Of a stretch of 43,971 nt of DNA, positions 37,530 to 43,971 are shown one piece after another. A model generated the notes under the pieces. That model was not told the origin of the DNA, made no database searches, and saw only the letters and a list, made by a program, of their open reading frames with translations. Position 1 is the stretch's first letter; every line of letters starts with the position of its first letter. The stretch is from NCBI RefSeq assembly GCF_004010195.1, contig NW_025214442.1:1-43971 (forward strand), written 5' to 3'. A program made the translations under genes and the position numbers. The stretch is from Chiloscyllium plagiosum. Its lineage: Eukaryota.

Positions 37530-37860
37530 GGGTAAAGTTTATTCACATAGGCCAGCAGTAATTGGTAAGGAGGTTCCAATATTAATTGACACAGCATCTT
37601 TTCAATCTGTAATGCTGAGGGGTGAGACTTTATGCACACTTGAGAGACTATTACCAGAAAATGTGCTGGTAACAGGAATTCATAGTGAGGCAAAAAGTGC
37701 TCAGTTATGTAAAATGAGGCTGGAGAGTCCAGAGAAGAGTGGAGAATGTGTGGTAGGAGTACTGGACCCCTAACTCTCAGCTCCCGGAATAAAATTTGTC
37801 CTTGCAAATAATATAGCTGATTCACTGATAGGCGTTCTGCCGACTCTAGTTGAAAAGCCA
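37530..37860 (+). pseudogene. Aspartic protease remnant
   Basis: GKEVPILIDTAS with catalytic D codon at 37588-37590; downstream FVLANNIA resembles the ILGND motif. Confidence 0.65.
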
Positions 37861-38079
37861 GTGGAAATGCAGGCAACTGACGACCTGGAAAATGTTTAGC
37901 CCGGAATTTCCCCTGATTGCGTGATCAAAAGATCACAGATACACGGGTTTAAGCAGGCAAAAGGCACAGATAAGGAAGCTGACGTAGAGTTATCTGAAAG
38001 TTTCTTTTTGATCTGATAAGTGGAATAGAGAAGGACGAAGTAGGAAAACATGAACGTATTTTTAGCCCTGCTAAGTTGA

Positions 38080-39290
38080 TTGAATTACAGCAGAAAGATT
38101 AGGAGTTAAAAAAGTTATATTAAAAGATATTTAACAAGAAAGAGAATGAATGCATTCCTGTGTGTTATTACTTAACAAATGATGTCGTAATGCGGATATG
38201 GAGATCAGCACACACAGAAGCAGGTCAGACGTGGACAGAAATTCATTAAATTGTTTTGTCTATTGGGTGTAGAAAGGAGGTGCTGCGAGTGGCACTTGAG
38301 CGGCCACTTGGAGATCATTTCGGGGTGAGGACATTACAGGCTGAAATACAAAGCTAATTTCACTGGCCTGGACTACACAAAGATGTAGTTGAATGTTGCC
38401 AGAGGTCTCAAATATGTCACACAGAAAGTAATAAAACCTGCATATTTAATACCGATTCCAGCATTTGAGGAATCTTTCCCAAGAGTGTTGATAGATTGTG
38501 TAGGTCCACTACCTCAACCATAAAGTGGGAATAAGTATTTATTAACAATAATGGATGTGTCGACTAGATTTCCCGAGGCAGACCCATTATGCAGCATTAC
38601 AGCTAAAAGAGTTGTAGAAAGAAAAATGCTTCTTTTTTTTCCTAGGTACGGACTGCCAATAGAGATCCAGACAGATCAAATCTCACATCTAAACTATTCA
38701 AGCAGGTGATGGATAACTGAGGAATAAAGCAATTCAAACATACTACGTAGTATTCGGAATCACAGTGAGCATGAGCGAGATGGTATCAAACAGTGAATAA
38801 AATGTTGAGGGTTTATGGTCAGGATTATCCAGATGAATGCGATAAGGATTTTCAGAGACGCAAGGAATGAATTGACCAAATTCAGACGATTTGAATTAAT
38901 TTGTGGGCATGAAGTAAAAGGACCATTACCATTGGTTAACGAGAAATTAATAAATCAGAATTCAGAGACCACCCATTTGAACGATGTGTCAAATTTTAGG
39001 GAACGCTTAAATAGAGCTGGAGAGTTGGCTAGATAGCATTTAAAAGTATCGCAGCAAACAATGAAACAGGAAGTGGATCTGAAATCACAAATATGCAATT
39101 TTGCAATTGGGAATAAGGTATTGGCGTTACTTCCAGTAACAGTTCAGTCTTTAGAAGCAAGTTTTAGTGTACCTTATCAAATTGGGAAGAAATTGAATGA
39201 GGTGAACTACTTGGCACGGACTCCAGACAGGATGAAATCTCACAGAGTGTGTCATGTGAATATGCTCAAAAGGTATTTTGAAATGGAAGA
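38080..39290 (+). pseudogene. Integrase remnant (HHCC, DDE core, GPY/F module)
   Basis: GDHFGVRT..FHWPGLHKDV..CQRSQIC; FPRVLIDCVGPLP..SGNKYLLTIMDVSTRFPEA; LEASFSVPYQI...HVNMLKRY. Confidence 0.88.
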
Positions 39291-39499
39291 AAAGCAAGAG
39301 CAGAAGGTGTTCATGATTACAGCACAGAAGGAAGAACCAAGTTCAGAGGATTCTGAATTGGACATTCCTCAAATCAAATTGAACAATGATAACGTTTTCA
39401 AAAATTGGGATAAACTATTGAGTTACCTTACACAAGAAAAGCAAAGTGACCTGAAAGAGTTATTACGATATCGTGGAGAGATATGCGGCAATAAACTGG

Positions 39500-40356
39500 G
39501 AAGTACGAACATAATTGTGCATGATGTTGACACGGGGGATGCTGTTCTGATTAAGCAACATCCTTATAGGCATGACTGTCCAAAATTGGCAGAGGTTCAG
39601 AAGTAGATAGAGCGCACACTCCAAAATGTCATAATCGAAGTGAGTTACAGTTACAGTGACTGGAGTTCACATGTAGTCATGGTACCAAAGCCAGAAAGTA
39701 CCCAATGGCCATGATTGGACGATCACAAAGTCAATGCCGTTACAAAGACTGATGCATATCCAATTCCATATTTGGAGAATTGTGTCGAAAAACTGGGAGA
39801 AGCTACTTACATTTCTCAGTTGGATTTGCTCAGAGGCTAATGGCAAGAACCTCTGCCAGAGAGAGCGAAGGCAATTTCGGCTTTCATAATGCCAAATGGA
39901 CTATATCTGTTCAAAGTTGTGGCATTTGTTATGAGAAATAATCCAGCTACGTTTAAGGAACTGATAATAAGGTCATTTCCGGATTACCCAACTATGTGGT
40001 GTGCATTGATGATTTGGTGGTTTTTAGTCATCCATGAACTGAACCTTTACAGCATTTATTGGACTTTTTCAATTGACTGCAGAAGGTAGGCTTGGTGGTA
40101 AACCTAGCTAAAAGTGTATTTGAGAAAGCCCAAGTCACGTTCCTGTGTCACGTTATTGGACATGGACAAATGGCCCCATGAGATATGAAAATGAAAGTAG
40201 TTGGGGAATGTTTCACACCGTCGACAAAAAGAAATATGCAGTGCTACGGTCAGATTGCTTAGATGGAGCTTGTTGCTGCAGCCATTCAATCTGACAATTG
40301 TGCATGGGGCAGGTCGTGAAAACGTGAAAGCTGATGAGTTATTGAGACTCGAATGA
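39500..40356 (+). pseudogene. Reverse transcriptase remnant + RNase H C-terminal tail
   Basis: IKQHPYR; DHKVNAVTKTDAYPIP; ISQLDLLRG*WQ; VVCIDDLVVFS (YxDD site); final RLLRWSLLLQPFNLTIVHGAGRENVKADELLRLE* at 40252-40356. Confidence 0.88.
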
Positions 40357-40532
40357 GATACGGAGGTGTTCGGTGGTGGGTGTACCGTGGCCTGAATTTG
40401 CATAGGTTTGTGTTTGAATGTTTACAGTTAGTATAGTGTATCTGTCTGTATTGAGACTACTAACTGGGTTTGAAGGGTTAAAAATGCAGCCATCTTTTAG
40501 CATTGATGGGTTTTTCTTAGGGGGAGGAGACA

Positions 40533-41170
40533 TATCACAAAGCAAGTCCCTTTTTTGTCTAAAAGCTGTTCCTTGGCTCAAGGAGACTCTGTCCTTGATT
40601 TTCTTTTCCAGAGGTACAATAAAACGGGCCAAAGCTCCGATCAGTCTGGTTTGGTACAGAGATGGAAAGGATTTTCAGAGGCCTTTTGTTTACATGGAAA
40701 CAGATGAGACTTCAGGCCAAAGTGGTCATGCTTTATAAGTGACCAGTATAATGAACGGAGAGTGGTGAGCTATTTTTGCTGAACTAGCTGAGCTTAACAG
40801 TTTTCAGTTGAGGTTTGAACTGGGAAGTTCAACTGGGAGCTGTGTGGAAACTCTCTCTCTTTTCTGACCTTCAACTTCAAAGTGGAAGTATGTGTTCCAT
40901 TTATACTGGTTTTATTGGGGGTTTGTGCATTGGGACTATTGTATATATTCAGAATTAAGTTTAGATGAATACGTTGAATTCTGTCGTGATTCTTTATTCT
41001 GTTCTTTGAGTTTTATTGTTTAATTTTATGAATAAAGTTTTTGTCTGTTTTAAAATCTAGTAGTCAACCTAGCTAAATTTTCATTGTGCACTTACCGAAA
41101 CAAATTGCAAAGGTATGCTCTGGGCTGCCTGCTTAAAAATGTTTTGAGTGGTCTAGCCTAGTCCGTAATA
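40533..41170 (+). repeat. 3' LTR
   Basis: Begins just after the PPT (tatcac, degenerate TGTCAC); AATAAA at 41031; ends gtccgtaata (degenerate ...TAACA). Confidence 0.75.
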
Positions 41171-41554
41171 TCTCGGAGATGAAAGGTGCCTCCTTGGGAC
41201 TTGCTACAAACTAATCACTTTCCCTCCTCATGGTTAGCAAACCACGTTAACATAACACGTGTGTACCATTAGCAATGGGGCCAGGAGGAACAACGTGGAG
41301 CAGTCTATCTGTGCAGTCGATGCCTCATTGGTTTGTCGTGTTGCAGCAACAATGACATCCTCCTATTTCAGTGTAATAGTTTGGAGGGGCTGTATGGCCA
41401 TTCTGTTCATGTGTCAGTGTCTCGAGGGACTGAATGACTTCCTCCTGGCCAGAGGGAAGGCATTCAAAGACTTCAGTGGGAAGCCCGTGGTTCCTGCCTA
41501 TCAACACGGTGTGCTGACTAGACTCGATCTTCCTGAGTTATAGGAGACAAACGG

Positions 41555-42090
41555 AAGGCTGAAGAAACACTGCAAGCCAGGCAGCATCATGAGCTGTGAA
41601 AGTCAACATTTCAGGTATAAATGTCCTTCAGAACTGGGTTGGTGGATAGGGGGAGCTGCAGATAAAGAGTGAAGGGGTGGTTGGGGTGGGGAGATCGGGG
41701 GATGGTGAGTTATGGATATGTGGACACAAGTGGTGGGTGCAACCTGGTTGGGCGATGGGAGTGATGAATCCGGTNNNNNNNNNNNNNNNNNNNNNNNNNN
41801 NNNNNNNNNNNNNNNNNNNNNNNNNNGCTTTTGTCCAGCTACCAACTGGATTCAGCCCTCCCATCAACAACTCGCTGATACCCTTCATCTGTGTCAACTT
41901 ATCCCCCACCTCGCCACCTCAGCCTCCTCCTCCCTCACCTGCCACTTTATCTATAGACCCCCTTACTCCCACCCACAGTCCTGACGAAGAGTTATATCCA
42001 AGGCGTTCACTTCTCAACGTCTTGATGCTGCCTTGCTTATTCTGTTCTTCCAGCTTCCTGCGTGTGTAGTTTGGATTCCAACACCTACTT
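41555..42090. mobile_element. Penelope-like terminal fragments in inverted orientation around a small gap
   Basis: Left arm aggcagcatca...ggagctgcagataaag is a diverged reverse complement of right arm ctttatctatagacccc...cctgacgaagag...tgatgctgcct. Confidence 0.6.
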
Positions 42091-42279
42091 TTGAAAAATT
42101 GTCTCCTTGTCTAATAGGCAGGTGTGAGTGAACGCATTGCGCCTCTTGTTATCCAACAGATCAGATGGGCGGAATGGCTTTCTTTTATTACTGTGAAACT
42201 AGCTAGAGTTACTGAGGAGTTCCTCTTTCTTTTAACCGTGGAAATGTTTAGTGTCCAGCAGTGCTTTTGATTCATGTTA

Positions 42280-42690
42280 CCTTTACATTAACAGCACAAG
42301 CTTGAATGTTGTCCAGATTTGATACCTGAGTACCTTAGGAGGCGACTCATTGTTCTGAACATCGTATAATCTTAAAAGAACATCCCCACCTCTGATCGTA
42401 TGACGTGAGGGAAAGACATTGATGAAGCAGCTGAAGATGTTTGTGCCGAAGAAGCTACCCTGAGGATTGCCCACAGGGATATCCAGGGACTGGGAGGGTT
42501 GATGTCCACCAGCCCCATTGTGTTCTGAATGATTCAACCAGTGGGGAGTTTACAACTGATTCCCATCAAGTTCAAATTTGTTCAGTCTCCTTGACATCTT
42601 GCTCAATCAAATACTGCCGTGATATCAGGGCCAGTCACGGCCAGTCACTTTATGCTGTGTTCATAAATTCTATCCATGTCAATAGGCCAA
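42280..42690 (-). mobile_element. Decayed non-LTR RT fragment
   Basis: Minus ORF: DIPVGNPQGSFFGTNIFSCFINVFPS (GVPQGSxLGP motif). Confidence 0.7.
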
Positions 42691-43194
42691 GGTATATGTG
42701 TGGTCAGTGTTTCGTTCTCTCAGGCAGTAGTGACGATTGAAATCAGACAGTTGGGGAGGCCAAATCACTGAAATGTTTGGGGGGTGCGAGTGGGTATCAG
42801 TGGATTTTGACCCATCAGAGATTCGAGGGCTACAAAGAATTGGGCATGAAAGAGAAACCGCGGCCGAGTGCAGATCAGCCCTGACTTACTGAATGGAAGG
42901 GCAGGTCTGACGGGCTATGTAGCCGGTTTTATTCCAGTATACCCCATAGTTCAGTCACTTTGTGGCCTCTTCCATTTCCTGTGTTACTGACTTCAAATTA
43001 CTGAATTGACTGATCCTGCTGCTGTGTAACTGGATACTCGTGCTGCATGATCTGGTTACAGGTTTATAGGCCCCAGGGGTGTATTGGCCTCCTCCTGTAA
43101 TTGTATATCAGGCTCCAGGGGCTGAAAAGCCTCATTCTGTTCTGGTGTAATTGAAATCCATATTGACTAAGTCTACTGCCATTTGAGAAAGTGA

Positions 43195-43388
43195 GCTCTG
43201 CAGATGCTGGAGATCAGTGTCGAAAAGTGTGGCACTGGAAAAACATGGCAGGTCAGGCAGCATCAGAGAAGCAGGAGAATCGATGTATTGGACGTTCCTG
43301 ATAAAGGGCTAATGTCCGAAACATAGATTCTCTTGCCTCTCGAATGCTGCCTGACCTGCTGTGTTTTTCCAACACCACATGTTTCGAC
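43195..43388. mobile_element. Penelope-like inverted terminal pair with degenerate hammerhead motif in the spacer
   Basis: 43219-43286 is a diverged reverse complement of 43321-43388; spacer holds cCTGATAAagggctaatgtccGAAAc; same family as 12255-12350. Confidence 0.75.
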
Positions 43389-43971
43389 GTCTACTGCCCT
43401 ACCCAAGTCAATCTTTCTGGTCACTTCATCCAATTACATTAAGAAAATTGTCAAGCACAAACTTCCTCGCACAAAGCCACACTTACTATTCCTAAGCAAA
43501 GCCTGTCTTTCTAAATGCATGTAAACTTTATCCCTCAGAACCTTCTCAAGTAACTTACCTACCATGGATGTTAAACCTACGGGTCTATAGTTCCAAGGCA
43601 TTTTTGTTCAGTTCTTCTTGAATAAGGGCACAACATTTGCTATCCTCCAGTCTTCCGGGACGTCACCTGTGGTCAATGATGATCAACATTATAGACCAGG
43701 GTCCCCGCAAATTCTTCTGGAGCTCCTTGAGGTGTTCTTGGGTATATTGGGTAAGGACCATGAGATTTATCCACTTTCAAACATTCTAATACGTCCAAAA
43801 TCTTGTCTACTATGATATGGATTGTCCCTAAGATATCACGACTAACTTTCGCAAGTCAACATGTTCGCAAGTTCGCAAGTCAACATGTCTTTCTCCACGG
43901 TAAACATAGAGTAGAAATATTTGTTGAGGACTTCACCTATCTCTTATAGTTCCACATATACTTGTCCACAT
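43389..43971 (-). mobile_element. CR1 ORF2 fragment, antisense, runs off window
   Basis: Reverse strand gives PEDWRIANVVPLFKK, NYRPVGLTSMVGKLLEKVLRDKVYMHLE and HGFVRGSLCLT-like motifs. Confidence 0.82.

Larger units (their letters stand above)
35441..41170 (+). mobile_element. Decayed Gypsy/Ty3 LTR retrotransposon of the Gmr1 type (gag-PR-INT-RT-RH)
   Basis: Two diverged LTRs (35441-35658+gap; ~40533-41170), PPT aggggaggaga-type purine tract at 40519-40530, and internal domains in Gmr1 order. Outer boundaries approximate; no TSD recognised. Confidence 0.88.

Noticed and set aside
41170..41545. Possible transposon coding remnant or GPCR exon 2
   Set aside because: No TM1-TM7 motifs and no motif I can assign with confidence.
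43849..43888. Small tcgcaagtcaacatgt duplication
   Set aside because: Local slippage within a dead CR1; no functional implication.
1..43971. CRISPR array, prokaryotic operon or defence system
   Set aside because: No regularly spaced short repeats or dense ORF organisation; content is vertebrate retroelements and one spliced exon.

Overview
Repeat-dominated eukaryotic DNA from a draft assembly with six N-gaps, most likely a cartilaginous fish (shark), judged from HE1/V-SINEs, shark-type CR1 LINEs and Penelope-like termini. The only host-gene signal is the first coding exon of a GPR139/GPR142-like class A GPCR (31708-31882, +), ending at a phase-1 GT donor inside TM1; exon 2 is not visible. 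The rest is transposon debris. This includes a near full-length decayed CR1 (~270-4317) with a SGNH-esterase ORF1 and a 115-bp fold-back inversion replacing the front of its endonuclease, and a decayed Gmr1-type Gypsy LTR element with PR-INT-RT order (~35441-41170). There are also many CR1 fragments, tRNA-derived SINEs of two families, two copies of an LTR-like repeat, and several Penelope-like terminal fragments with minimal hammerhead-ribozyme motifs. One of these is a 96-bp insert with a perfect 9-bp TSD and an intact catalytic core. Local tandem duplications and an ancient paralogous block on either side of the GPCR exon are also visible. All family assignments come from motif recognition by eye, not database searches.
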